Shown: piece after piece, positions 38,935 through 52,847 of the stretch
How positions within the stretch are numbered: the first letter of the stretch is position 1
Layout: the number at the start of each line of letters is the position of its first letter
Source: Eledone cirrhosa
Lineage: Eukaryota
Reading direction: 5' to 3'
Assembly (NCBI GenBank): GCA_964016885.1
Contig: OZ024744.1
Span: 35,402,001 to 35,466,000, forward strand
Length of the DNA stretch: 64,000 bases
The notes under the pieces: generated by a model
Seen by the model: only the letters and a program-made list of their open reading frames with translations
Database searches by the model: none
What the model was told of the DNA's origin: nothing
Program-made: the position numbers and the translations under genes

Positions 38935-39572
38935 GTACCCTACATGTGAATGGAGCTCCACTGAAACAGCTGGAGAAGTTCAAGTATCTCTGGGCCGTGT
39001 TCATGAGTGATGGAAGGCAGGAAGCTGAATTACATGCAAGAAATGCAGGAGCTGGTGCAGCAATGCACCAGCTTTAGCATTCAGTCATCAGAAGAAGGGA
39101 GGTTGTGTAAAAGCCAAAATCACTATCTTCAATTTGGTATGTGTTCCAACTCTTGGTCATGAATTGTGGGCAATGATCAAAAGACTATGATTACAAATAA
39201 AAGTGTCTGAAATGGGATTCCTCTAGAGGGTCCTTGAAGTAATATGACTCCATAACTCAGAGATAAGAGAATCACTTCAGATAGAGCCTTCTGCTCTGAA
39301 TTGAGAGATCACAGCTTCGATACTATGGACATGTGGTCAGAATATCTAAGGAATGAATTGCTGGACAGATTTTATAGACAAGAGACCCAGAGGTAGATCC
39401 TGAGCAAGATGGTTGGATATTACCTAAGAGCTCAACTGGTCTTACTTGAAAAGAAGAGCTTCTGACAGGAATTACTGGAAAGTGTGCTTGAGGATTCTGT
39501 CTCCATGACTCACAGGAATAAGTGGGCAAAGTAGAAAACAAAGGTAACAATGACAACAATGATGATGATGAC
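38935..39572 (+). mobile_element. Decayed RTE (Rex3/Expander-like) 3' fragment
   Basis: Translates LHVNGAPLKQLEKFKYL-G.VFMSDGRQEAEL..GHELW..SEMGFL; QLRYYGHVVRI; (GAT)n end. Confidence 0.75.
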
Positions 39573-39977
39573 AATTTCATAGAGTATCATTTGACATGAT
39601 TAAGCTAGTGCCTTAACGAGAGACTCTTTCGTACAATTATTGTAGAAGGTTTTTAAAATAGATATATGAGCATTTAAAAATAAGACTTGATCTAAGGTCA
39701 TGTGATGAAACTGCAACAATTACATTGTGAAAGCATCCTTTTAGCCATTAAAAACGCATAAAAACTGTTAACTTTATTTTACATCTATCATTTATTTCTT
39801 GGTGTCAAAATTTCCATCTCATTGTTTGTGACCTGGTCTCTGACACAGTTCATCTTAATGGAACTGTGTCAGTTACAAGGTCACAAACATTGTAATGAAA
39901 AATATCAAATGTTAAGTGTATTTAACATATTTTGTATTTTTCAGTTGCTAAAATGAGTCTTTCAGGATTTTATTGCT

Positions 39978-40195
39978 TTATCCCTTTATCATTTACATTG
40001 CTCTATATATACTATTATATTTTCATGGTAAAGGTTTTATCTCACATAATTATCTCACATAATATCAAATCTATGAGATTTTGATATTATTTATTTTGAG
40101 AACAATACCTTAATGTCAGTATGAGTGGCTGGTTAGACCAGAAAGAGGTGAGAGAATCTGGCTGGATTTGGCCGGTTTAAATATTAACGGATTAA
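39978..40195. mobile_element. piggyBac-type MITE, diverged copy
   Basis: Homologous to 937-1161 with worn TIRs. Confidence 0.7.
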
Positions 40196-41375
40196 ATAAG
40201 AATTTTTGTTTTATCATGTAACGAGAAACAGTTTTAGATAGGTTGGTATTGAAAGGGTTAAGTTAAGAAACTATATTAATAGCAAAAATATTATATTTAA
40301 TATATTTTTATGTCACATCTAGATACAAATGAAAAAACAAATGGATTTTTGCTGTTGGATTCTGATGATGAGAACTCCAGTTGTTCAATCAACAGAATGA
40401 CTAACTTATGAAATTATCATGTAAGCAGCTGAGAATTTCACTGTGTTCAGTTCACCTAGGCACTCTAATATTATACATCTAGCAAACAACTGTTGCAAAT
40501 CTTTTGCATGCAAGACTCATATCTTGCTGCCATGCATCATATAATCTGCAATTTATTCTGAAAGTGGGTTGCCATCTGAGGTAATAGCTCCCCAAACTTC
40601 TTCCATCCTGCTCTCACTCTGGCTATAACACTTTTGGTACATCCATCTCCGCTGCTAATAAGGATACCTTAAAATTTTAGGAAAAAATCTTTACAACTGC
40701 AGGAGAGTTTTTTTTTTCTCTCTACAGTGGATGGTTGCTAAACATATTAGATATCTTTTTTGTATTTCATAAGTTATTGTCTTCCTATAAGAAGATAACT
40801 TTCCCTATGGTTCTGTCTAGAGAAGGATGTTAAACCTGTTAGGATTTTAATTTAGAATGTACAAATATATACCTAGATACCACAAAGAAGGACTGGGTTG
40901 AGAGGAATGAGGGAAATGAATGTGGAAAGAAGTAGAGGAGGGGGAAGGCCAAGAAAAACAGGGTTGAAGATAATGAAAGATGAAATAAAAACCAAGAAAC
41001 TGGTAAAGGAGGAACAGAGGATAGGGCAAAATTGAGAAGGCTAAACTTATGCTTTAGTAGGAAAAGATGGCCTTAAAATGCTCATTGCTATTTTATATTC
41101 TTTCAAATTCAAATGGTAGTAATGCAGATGAATAAAAAAGATATAAAAAAGTATACATCTACTGATGTACATACTGTGACACTCATATACATATATTCAA
41201 TATACATTAATTGATTTTTTTTTCATCTCACCATTCAGCCTGTTTTGTATCTAATTAGTCCTAGTATTTGTAAGTTCACTGCTTTCATAGAAATGCTGTT
41301 TATCTAGTATCCTCTACATTCACACATGCCGGATGCTATTCTTCCACCATAATCTATCTTAATTATTTGCCATTT

Positions 41376-41389
41376 GTCTCCATGGCAAC
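41376..41389. promoter_or_regulatory. RFX X-box motif
   Basis: GTCTCCATGGCAAC matches the RTHNYYWTRRNRAC consensus; lies in non-repetitive DNA. Confidence 0.35.
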
Positions 41390-41544
41390 TGTGTAATCAA
41401 TAACGAAACAAAACAAAAAAAAAAGATAAATAAGAAAAGGGTTCCGTTGTGTTGACTAGCGATTCATAGTCGCTATAAACACGCATAATGGTTTTGATTT
41501 TTCTTTCTTCAGCAAAATATTTCTTATTTTTTTTTTTTTTTTAG

Positions 41545-41586
41545 ATTTCAGCAAAGCTGGTTTTAATCACAGAAATGGAATGCACA
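41545..41586 (+). CDS. Candidate 42-nt host exon C
   Basis: Long T-tract + TAG acceptor; CA|gtaaga donor; two open frames (ISAKLVLITEMECT or FSKAGFNHRNGMH). Confidence 0.45.
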
Positions 41587-41953
41587 GTAAGAATAAATGA
41601 ACTAGAAGTTGTTGTTGTTGTTGTGGTTGTTGCTGTTGTGGTTGTTGCTGTTGTTGTTGTTGCTGTTGTTGTTGTTGCCTTGGACAATTCCCGCTTGCAC
41701 CAGTGTTTCCCGCTTGCACCAGTGTTTGCTTATAGTATTAGTTTAATCAAGTGCTTAGCAGCAGCTTATAAGTATGACACCCTGGATAAGATGTTGGAGA
41801 AGGACAGCAGCACTATGTGGTGTATGTGTGTGTATGAGAGTATACACACACACATGCACACAGTCATGCACATGCACATGCATCCATATACACACATGCA
41901 CATATACACTCAGATGCACATTCATACACATACACACACATGCAGAGGTGTAA

Positions 41954-42856
41954 CAAGGGAAAATAGTGCCTATGGCAAGCAGTGAAATTGTGGACCTAAT
42001 TGTGGCAAGATATATAGTAGCTGTTAGACCATGGAAAAAACTGCATGCCTCGACAATATGTAAGGAAAATAACCGAATGGCTGGATAATCTTTAAGATTT
42101 TCCTCGATGAAGCAGGAAAAATGCAGGTTTTCACCTAATGTGGGCCCTAGGGGATCAAGAAAATGAATTTTTTTTATGTGCATAATATGCCTTGAAATTT
42201 CGGGAAAATCGGCTAGATGTATCGCCTAAAAAAAGCCCTAAAAAGCTGAAAAAATGAAGTTTTTCACCTAATGTGGGCTCCACTAAAAGTTGGATTTTCT
42301 TTGCTCATGGTATGAAGAAGAGACTGACTAATACATAGTTACCGGCTTTCATTTATAGCTAAGCTTAATATTGCCACAACCACGGCTGGCAAAGAAGTAA
42401 CACTGTGGCTTAAAACGTGAGGAAGAAGTTGTGTGCACTTACCAACTGTTTGGGGAATGAGTGTGAGATTTGACTTGAACAAGGGTGGCAGAATAACCGG
42501 AGGCAGCAGACAGCCAGACATAGACAGATATTATAAGGGCGCGTTCTGGACAGAGCGAATTGTGGGAAGTGACGTAATGTAGACAGTCAGACATATAGAC
42601 ATATATTATAAGGGCGCGATGTTATATGTATGTATCTATCTAAAAAGAGAAAGACTAAGAATTATAGAGAGAGATCGCTAAATTGCCTAATGTGGTCCCT
42701 AGGGCATTGAAAATTTGAAATTTCTTTTGCTCAGAACACTCCCTGAAACATAAGTATTACATGTGTAAAGTTTGAAAAAAGTTGGTTGGGTACTTCTCTA
42801 GTTTTAGGGATTCAAACTCACATACACACAGACATCCTCAGTTTTATATATATAGA
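41954..42856 (-). mobile_element. Non-autonomous Helitron
   Basis: Minus strand starts A|TCTATATATATAAAA and ends CTTG|T; subterminal hairpin TGCC-ATA-GGCA; no TSD; internal repeats of CCTAATGTGG and GATATTATAAGGGCGCG. Confidence 0.65.
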
Positions 42857-44154
42857 TAATTGTTTCTACTTTAGGCACAGGGCTAGCAATTACCCAGTGC
42901 ATTACTGGTACTTTATTTTATCGACCCCGTAAGGATGAAAGGCAAAGTCAACCTCGGCGAGATTTGAACTCGGATAATGATATATACTATGTATAAATAA
43001 ATATTGTATATTTATATTTTACTATATTTATATATAATATGTATCATTTGATATTTAATATTCTATTATATCATCTCTACTATCCCCTTAGGTCCCAGCA
43101 CCGTACTGGACCTTTTCAATGCCCCCTGGGGGTTGGTAGCGCCCACTTTGAGAACCTCTGGTTTAGGGTATTAAACTGCATTTTCATTTGTTCTTCAGTT
43201 ATCCATTTTGTCAAAGTATTTGCAAAAGTGTTAATGTATTTAAAGTGAGTGATCTGTGTAATACTGATCTTTGATAAATATAAAACCCTATTAAAATATT
43301 TCACAATCATACTATGAAGTATACCTCTGTGATCATGTAGTTCCCAGCACTGTATTTTACCTATGGACCTAATAATTTATATAAATGGTTTAATGATCCA
43401 GCCACCATAGTGTTTCTTACTCATGATCATACAGAAGTTTCTTTTTTCAATCTCTGACGATAGCTTATCTGACTTTAATAGAAAGTGCTCCAAATCAAAG
43501 TGGGGCCCATGGCATGTGTCATGATTGCTATGCCTTAGTTATGCTTCTGTACACATGTACATATACACACACACATGCACATACACACACATACTCAAAC
43601 ACACACTTATTAAGGAAATGGAGTACCTTACAGTTGTACAAGTGTTTTAATATGAAGTATTTTAATGTTAAGGTACATGACCTTTTGGTTAGGGTATTGG
43701 ATTACGATCATAAGGTTAAGGGTTCAGATCCTGGATCTTGTGGTAAAATACCTTATTTCATGTTGCTCCTTCTGCCAGGAGTTATAACTAACAGTTAGTA
43801 TCTGCAATTGAAAAACTAATGGAAATATTATTTCATTGTTCTGATCTGAGGATCAACTCCTTCTTTCTTTAATGTATCAGTATTATGTTCTATTGAAATA
43901 CTTGTACAATTGTAACATATTAACTTACTTATTAAATTATTTATTAAATTAATATGTATTCTACTTTATAATATACTGAGTTTATTGTTTGTTTTAGTTG
44001 TGGTGCTTTCAAAATCTCCTTTGTTGATTATGAATAAACTATATACACACATACACACACACGGACATACATATATATTTGATAGAGGGGAAAATACCTA
44101 GGGGAGCATTCAGTTTGTGTGTGTGTGTGTGCTCGCGTGCACGCCTCTCAGTCC

Positions 44155-44600
44155 TCCATATCAATCTTCAGAACTTTAAGATTATCTTTTACAACATCCA
44201 TAAACTGCTTTCTTGGTTTATGCTGTGGCTTTTGTTCTCTTGTCAGATCCCCATAAGATAACTTTTTAAACTACCATTCATCTTCCATCCTGACCAGTCC
44301 ACAGCATCTGGTTCATAATAATCCACCTCTCAATATTGGTGCTGCCCACGTTCTCAAGTACAACAGAATCAAGTGTGTATGAGAACCACCTGATGTTCAG
44401 AATACGTCAGATACAATACTGGTGAAACATTTCCAGCTATGGAACATCATGGAGAATGATCATCAGGTATAGATGTGATGTCTTCAAGAGAAAGCGAGTG
44501 GAGTCTGCTGTTTTGAAGTATTCACTCTGTAAGCAGGACACAAGTGCAGTGCCTGCATAAATCCATCAGGAATTCAGGTGCAATGTATATATGGCCAATT
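44155..44600 (-). mobile_element. Decayed RTE fragment
   Basis: Minus strand reads YGDLTREQKPQHKPRKQFMDVVKDNLK, similar to 45480-45560. Confidence 0.6.
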
Positions 44601-45152
44601 TTTTCAATCAAGAACTAGATTTGTAAACCATCTGAAGTTAGATGGGCCAGGCAGAAATTAAGCCACTTGTGAACTGGTTCTACAGCCATGCTCTTTGCAT
44701 TACATTTGCAATGAGTTTGGCTTGATTTTGGACACCCTGCAGGACAAAAAACAAAACCTGACAAAGGGCGGAAGAACTCATAAGAGTCAATGGCCATCCG
44801 AAAGTGTGTAAATATGTATATACACATGTACCGCGCGGTTAAACCACTGGGAGTGAAGGACCCCTAGCCTTTGTCAGGGCATTCTTTTAGGAGAAGGCAA
44901 CTCAGGAAACTGGGATAACTCCGATATAAAACCTGCGGCTTAGTAGTTACCGATGATGTTGATCTTTTCTTCTTTTCGGGTTATAGCTACTGTTGCTCAG
45001 AGAGTGGGATTGGCTCAGTGCACAGTCTTTCCTCACTTTAAAAAATATCTTCATGTACAGGCATTGCATGATAGAATTAATTAATAATTATTAATAATGG
45101 TATATCGTGCAATGGCCATACTCGATAACGAGGGGGCAGCCATCATGTATGT

Positions 45153-46434
45153 TCCACAACTTCTGTCAGGATATTTTTCTGGGGTCGGCGAGACATATGC
45201 AAGAAGACAAAGGTAAAGGTGTACAAGGCATGTGTGCTCTCTTCTCTTCTTTATGCCTACGAGACCTGAGTCACATATCGACACCACCTTAAACAATTGG
45301 AGCGTTTCCATCAGATGTGTCTCAGACGGATCCATGGGTTCACTGGTGGGACCACATCAGTGATGTTGAGATTTTGGAAAGTCTATGTGTGACAGTATAG
45401 AAGCTCTTGTGCTTAAGCAAAGACTCTGTTGGAGTGGTCACCTTGCCAGGATGAAGGATTCTAGAATACCAAAACAACTCTTTTATGGAGAGTTAGTTAA
45501 AGGACCTCCACATAAACCAAAAAAGAGATATAAGGATTCGTTGAAAGTCCCTTTGAAAGACGCTAACATCTCTGCTGATACATGGAAAAATGCTGCTGCT
45601 GATCGTAATAAATGGAGAAAGACTGTATATGAGGGGAAAGTTGCCTTTGAGGCATCTCGAATCGCATACGAGAAAGTAAAAAGAGATGGCAGGAAAGGCA
45701 TTACTGTTGCATTTCCAGACGGCGAGGGTCCTCCTATGGTGCTGACATGCAGCGTCTGTGCGAGACTCTGCCTAAGCAAAGCTGGACACGAAAGTCATCT
45801 TCGCAGTCATAAAGTAAGACCAGTGGTTGACTACCAGGCTGCTGTTGGAGATGCTACTCATCATGCTTGCCAAACATGTGGTAGAGAATGTAAATCAACA
45901 GGAGGGCTCAAGCGACATGCAAAAGTACACAAACTCCAACCACAGCCGACTACTCCCAGTGAATGTTTTGGTTGCCGACTCTCTGCAAGACATTTTAGAT
46001 CATTGGCTGGGCTAAAAAGCCACATTCGAATGCAACACTGTTAATTGCTATCGTGACTGTGTGTGTATGTGTGTGTGTATGTGTGTATACATATATATAT
46101 ATTATTGTTGTTATCATTATTGTCGTTAATATTATTATTATTATTATTATTATAATTATAATAATAACAACTTCTCCACGATGGCCCTCGGAAGTCTCCC
46201 CCCCCCCCCCCCTATTGGGGAATTTTTCATTGTTCTTTTTTGTTACATCCTCTGTTTTTTGTTTTTACATGCAGAAATGCCCATTTGTACCGTCCTGTAT
46301 TGTCCTGTACTGTCCTTAATGTCTACTTTGTGTAAACCCTTGTGGTTAATAAAGAAAGCATTATTATTATTATTATTTTTTTTTTTTCGTGCAATGGCCA
46401 TACTCGATAACGAGGGGACAGCCATCACGTATGT
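45153..46434 (+). mobile_element. RTE LINE 3' part with three C-terminal C2H2 fingers
   Basis: ORF 45385-46044: RLCWSGHLARMKDSRIPKQLFYGEL, then CSVC..H..H, CQTC..H..H and a degenerate third finger. Confidence 0.85.
46168..46362 (+). mobile_element. Tx1-type 3' UTR fragment inserted in (ATT)n
   Basis: CCCTATTGGG.AATTT...CCCTTGTGG..AATAAAGAAA shared with 8115-8240. Confidence 0.6.
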
Positions 46435-46646
46435 ATGTTTGTATGGGTGCTTGTATGTAACGTATCAAAGTGTCACATATTTAATATAGAGGGTAGAAAA
46501 AAACTTTAATCATCTGAGATTGTCTTTGCAATGTGAAGGCAAAAAACTCTCTTTAGAGGTGTTCAAATCTAAAATCAGGAAACTACGGATTTAACCCCCA
46601 CAGTGTCAGTGAAATTGTGCCAGGGAAAGCAATAGACATGTTTTGA

Positions 46647-46782
46647 TCCTGTTAGATCCTATTAGTGAAGACTATTCCTTATCCTGTTAGATCCTATTAG
46701 TGAAGACTATTCCTTATCCTGTTAGATCCTATTAGTGAAGACTATTCCTTATCCTGTTAGATCCTATTAGTGAAGATTATTC
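46647..46782. repeat. 4 x 35-bp tandem repeat
   Basis: Unit ATCCTGTTAGATCCTATTAGTGAAGACTATTCCTT. Confidence 0.95.
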
Positions 46783-48549
46783 ACTTCAGTTGATTAGTCT
46801 TAGAAAGGATAAAATATATAGATATAGAAATAGAATGAAAGTAGTGTTTCTGATTATGAATGAAAGCTATAAAACTGCCCATGTACACTAATCTTAAACA
46901 CCCACCAATGCATGCATGCCACATTTTGTACCAGTTTTTTTAATATCTTCTACAATTAATGCTTATGTTTCACTTCCATGCAATATTGAACTTGATACAC
47001 AAAGCCTCTACACAACCTCCCCTTTACTCAGAAAAAGAGAGAAAGGGAGAATCCTTTTGTTGCTACCTGTGATAATGGATCTCTGTACCTTTTCCATTGC
47101 ACCATCTCATTCTTACCGTGGCTTCTCTGTTTCAGAGCACTTACTTTTTCTACTAATTAGATCATTTAAATAACAGGAGCAATCAACTACTTTTAAGGAG
47201 CCTACCTTAGATTTCAAAGAATTTAGACAATGGTTCTTCTTACTGCTATCTATACCTTAGATTCCACTCCTGTTAGCTTCTCTATTCCCCTCTCTGTAAC
47301 TCTTGTGCACCTATGGTTTACGGAATTTCTATCTACTCTTTGTCAGCAGCATATTGAGCATGGCCACTCTCCCAGAGAGTGGTAGAGTTATGTTCTCATT
47401 CTTGTACCAAAATACTTTGTGTATACACACACACACGTAGATATACACATATAGACATACACATGTAGACATACACATGCACACACACATATACATGTGT
47501 ATGATGGGCAGATTCTATCTATCAATTTCCACTTGCAAGGTATTGGTGAACCTGAAACTGCAGTAGAAAACACTTTGCCCAAGTTTTTGTGCAGTGTGAT
47601 CAAACTCAGAACCACAACTATATATACTGTGGTTGGTAATGTGGTCACCTAGCTAAGGATAGGCAGTACTGTGGTTTAAATCTTATTAGTTAACTTGTTC
47701 TTTTTAGATCTCATAGCAACAATCTTCTATATTTTCGTATTATTTTATGTGTTCCAGCCATAAAGGGATTTTGGCAATCATATCGACCCCAACCCTTAAA
47801 AAAAAGCAAAAAAACAAAGACCCCCCCCCCCCTCCAAAAAAAAAACTTATTTTTTTCTAAGCCTGGTACTTATTATATCAATCTTTGTTGCTGAATCACA
47901 GGACATAAACATACACCAAAACAGAAACACAGACTCATACATGCATACACATATATACAAATCACTATTATCTACATTTTATACCTTCTTTCTCTGTTAT
48001 ATCATTCTCTAAGACTAGACTGGTCAGGAAATCATGTTGTGCTCATATGTTCTATATTTGGGCTTGCTTTCTACAGCTAGATGCCCTTCCTAATGTCAAT
48101 AACTTTACAGAGTGTACTGGATGCTTTTATTGTGACACCAGCACTACTATCTCCCCCCCTCTCTCTCTACACACATACGCATATATATACACACACAGGC
48201 ATGTTTATGACAGGTTTCCATACACTTTCTGACTGCCAAATGTCACTCACAAGGCATTAATTACTAGATGAGATGATATATAGTAGAAGACACTTGCCTA
48301 AGGTGCCACTCAGTGGGATTGAACTTAAAACCACATGGTTGTGAAGTGAAGACTTTTTTTTTCACTGATTAGATATAATGGGGCAGACAGTTCCCATGAT
48401 CCTTTTCAGGGCCCCTGAGACTGGAGAGAAGAAGGGAAGTACTCTCAGATTTTAAATACCCCCCCAGTGCTTATTACATTTTGCTAAACTATCTCCAGCG
48501 AGATTTTATTCTAAGTGATTCATATCAATACAGCTGCTGGAGACTCTAA

Positions 48550-48740
48550 TAACTGTTTCTACTTTTGGCACAAGACCAGCAATTACCTCAGTGCATTACT
48601 GGTGCTTTATTTTATTGACCCTGTAAGGATGAAAGGCAAAGTTAACCTAGTGGGATTTGAACTGAGACTGCAAAGGGCCATAATTCTATGCTGGAAAGCA
48701 TGGCATCTGACAATCTACTGATATTGCCAATCCACTGCCT
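48550..48740 (-). mobile_element. tRNA-derived SINE (23262 family)
   Basis: Full-length reverse-complement copy. Confidence 0.8.
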
Positions 48741-49242
48741 TCTAATAAGGAATTTATCTTACATTAGAAAAGAACATTATATATCACAAAAAAAGAACAT
48801 TACAAGAAATCCCATATTTACAAACGTACACTATTCAATTACCCCCCCCCCCCCCATTTATAAGAATTTAAACAAATGTCCAATACCCCCCTATTATTTG
48901 GGACCTTCTAAATAGAAACCTTGTGCTGGATACTTATAATGAAGTGGACTAAAGCCACCCAATGGTAGAATTAAAATTGAGTACCAACTTAAGTTTAACA
49001 GAAGAACTGCTTCTTATTTAAGTGTGTGCCTGCTCACACACATATATGTATGCAAGCGCACAAACCATTTTGTTAAGTATGTGTTTGCCTGTTGCTATGA
49101 CTATAGACTGTGAATGTCACATTTTTTTCTTAGGAAATTACTGCATTATCAGGTCACCTGCCATTGTTGTTGTTGTTGGTGTTATGTAGACATAGTCAGC
49201 TTTATTCAAGCATGCAGTGACATATGTTAATAGGTTTACCAC

Positions 49243-49308
<66 letters not shown>

Positions 49309-49660
49309 TTGGTATATTACACAAACACAAATCAAATATAGTTAAATTGTTTGATTCATTTGCCTTGTTAGTTTACTGCTCCCCGCCTTCCCATCTCTGC
49401 CACCCCTGCTTATTCATGGCCTGTGAGAGAACATCTATGAGACCGTATGACCTGCTAGAAATAGCAGCTAAATGTCTTTGATGAGATGGTTATGGTTGGA
49501 ATGTCTTTGATTATATGTCTGCTTAATCACTGCAAACCTAGCGCTAAACAGCATCGACAACAGCTGCTGCAATAACAACAATTGCAGTAACACAGATCCA
49601 ACAAAGGTGCTGCTATTAGTTGCACAAGTTGTTAGAAATAGCAGCCAAATCTCTCTCATC

Positions 49661-49969
49661 TTAACCCTTTAGCATTCACATTATTCTATATATACTATTA
49701 TATTTTTATGGTAAAGGCTTTACATCACATAATTATCTCACATAATATCAAATCTATGAGATTTTGAAAGTATTTATTTTGAGAACAATACCTTAACATC
49801 AGTTTGAGCAACCAGTTACAGCCAGTTTCAACAGAGAGAGGTAGAGAATTCTGGCCAGTTTTGGCCTGTTTGAACATTAAAGGGTTAAGTGACCAGTTAC
49901 AGCCAGTTTCAACAGAAAAAGGTAGAGAATTCTGGCTGGTTTTGGCCGGTTTGAACATTAAAGGGTTAA
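49661..49969. mobile_element. piggyBac-type MITE with a tandemly duplicated right end
   Basis: TTAA-CCCTTT..AAAGGG-TTAA (49661-49888), then a second copy of the last ~80 bp ending AAAGGGTTAA. Confidence 0.85.
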
Positions 49970-51892
49970 GAAAAAAATAATGCAAATACCCCCCACACCT
50001 CCCCGAAAAAACTGGATGGTCAAGGCTGGAGTGCTTTGTTCATAGGTCTGTTTCATCATGGCTGACCAGGGACCAAACAGTAACTGCAACATATTGCTTA
50101 CAAGCTAATTTGACTATTGCTGGAATTGAACTCAGAAAGTTATATAAATATTGAACTGATGTATATACACTGCATGCAGAAACAAGTTAGCTCAATAGTG
50201 TCTTTTGTATGTATGTATATAGTGTGTATAGTGGCCAATGGTAACAGCACAAACCAATCAAATAAAGGTTGTTCCTTCCCACTGTTTGTCTACTCTGTCT
50301 CTCTGATGTAAAGAACTCCAGGTGTATGCTGCTTCATGGTCTCAACAGACACAATAGAGAAAGCATTGCTCCTGAAGATAACAAGGAATATGTACTGAAA
50401 GAGTCATGTCAACTCATGGGACTCACACAGGTGGCTAACTCCATCTCTATAACAGCAAATATGGAGGTGGTTTGGGGAACCAGAATGTCAAAAGTTTTCA
50501 CTGCTATACATTCAATGACAAATTTAGTGGAAAGCAACTGCTACTTCAACTGTTTGTGATCTTCAGTTTATTGGAAATCGAAACCAGGGCCCCTTCGCTG
50601 ATTTCATTAGGTTGTTGGTGGAGAAGGAGTCACTGCATCCTAAACTACCGTCAATAAGGCCACAAAGAGTTCCTAAGTTCAAATTCACTACAAGTATTTC
50701 TTAACCCTTTCATTAACATATTTTATATGAAATACACTGTTGATAATTTTCAGAGAGTTTTGAAAATAATCAAAGATTTGGAGGGATTTTGTGATATAAT
50801 TGATTTTCACATTAACCCTTTTGATACCAACCTGGTCAAAACCAACTCCTGTTCTCTGAAACAAAACAAAAATAGATCCATTTTAAAGGATTCCTATCTA
50901 TATCAAAAATCTTCCAGCCTGATTTTATATGAGAACAATATGTTAAGTTTCTATTGTAGAAATGAAATAATTAATAATTTTAGTAAATCCATCAAAATTC
51001 CTCATTAGTTAATTGAAAATAGTGTATTGCATTAAGAATACAGTCACAAAAGAGTTAAGCTGGTGTTTGGAATATAAATTAGCAAAGGGTCTTACATAAA
51101 ATTATGATAGGAAAGTCTTTAGATAAATACAAACATCTTAAAACAATGTTTTGCACTGTAAAATCAAGGCAGTTTCAGGTGATTTTTTGGTTAATATATG
51201 TGTTACTATATTTAGATCAGATATTTTCAACTGCTCTGCCTGTGCTTAACTGAATGCCTTTTATTATGGTACCAAAGCTAAGGAAGTTGTTATGTCTTCC
51301 TGACCCTTTTTGCAGCAGGTTCCCCTTCCTGTCACTATCACCAAACAACCCTTTCACTGTAATTTTTTGTCAAATTTTGTTAAGTTTTATTCCACAGACC
51401 AGCTTAACAATGAAAAAAATAGAAATAGTTATATTACTAAACCCCTCCAAATTCTTGATTATTTCCAAAATTATTTACAAATCATAGGCAGTGTCTTTCA
51501 TTAGAAACATGCTAACGAAAGGGTAAATGCACTGTACCTCGCCACAGCATGTCTTGCAAGTCTTTGATTGGGAGCAAAGCAATTAGAGAAATAGTTCACA
51601 TTCATTAATCGATCCACTTGGTTTTCCCTGCCAGAAATCTTGGATATAGTCCAGTTTGACTCTCAAAATCGTTATATTTGCGTTTTTACTAAACTTGCTA
51701 GTCAAGCTTATCACCTGCATAATCAATCAGGTAATGCAGAATGGTATCATATCCAAAGACTGGTGTAGCAGTATAATCATCTATTGTTACAAAGGAAAAG
51801 GGATTGTTGTTGAAGGGAGCAACTGCAGAGGCATAAAATTGAGGGAGGGGAAGGGAGAAATAGAGAGAGAGAGGGGAAGAGAGAGAGAGAGG

Positions 51893-51932
<40 letters not shown>

Positions 51933-52847
51933 AAGAGAGAAAGAGAGTGAGAGAGAGAGAGAGGAGAAGAGAAAAAGAGAGAGGGGTAGAGAAAAAGAAA
52001 GACAGAAAATACTGGACCCCATTACTGAACTAGTATTTTTTATTAATGGATCCTCAAAAGATGAAAGATGAGAAGCAAATTTGACCGCAATGGGATTTTA
52101 TTTAAATGTCTAAATTTTATCATTATTTTTTTGAGATAGCATTAAACTAGCCACCTCTGATACTTTTATGTATTGTATTGTTGCACTTGTGGGCTGCCTT
52201 TATCACTTGACCTTTTCACTCAACCTTTTTGCTTGACCTTTTCACTTGACATCTTTCTGTTTGACCTGTAAAGTTCTTGATGGAAGTAAAGTGAAGGAAA
52301 GAGGTTAAAAGTTAATCTATGAAAGCCTTGGAGTAATTTGATCCCTAAACCTGTCTGTCAATGAACATATAAAATTGCCAGCTATTTAGCAGAGCTATGC
52401 ATTTTATCATCAATCGATTTATTTTTCTGTATATTTAGTAACAGAAGGGGAAAAAAAAAATCAGCGGCATGTCATGCGTATCTAGTTATTGGAAAGTATG
52501 AAATCAAGCCTAGTAGGCGAAAACATTAACAAGAAAAATAGTTTTATCTTTAATGCTAGATTGATCATCATCATCATCACCTTTAACATCATTTACCTAT
52601 CCAAAACTTGCACTTGAGCAGAGAACAGTAACTAATGTGCCCAGGGCTGGATTAAGTACTTTTGAGTCCCTAATCACTTAAAAGATTGTTGTGCTTCCCA
52701 CCCCTCCATATTGGAATGCCAAATACATCTAATTTGAATAAAATGGTACCGTCTTCTCTTTGTGCTCTAAGCATGTGTTTGATGGTTAATCTAGTCTTAA
52801 TGGTTAATCTAGTCATGAATGTGTGACATATCTTCATCCACCCTCAG

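Noticed and set aside
50269-50559. 96-aa ORF in non-repetitive DNA
   Set aside because: No recognisable motif or convincing pair of splice sites
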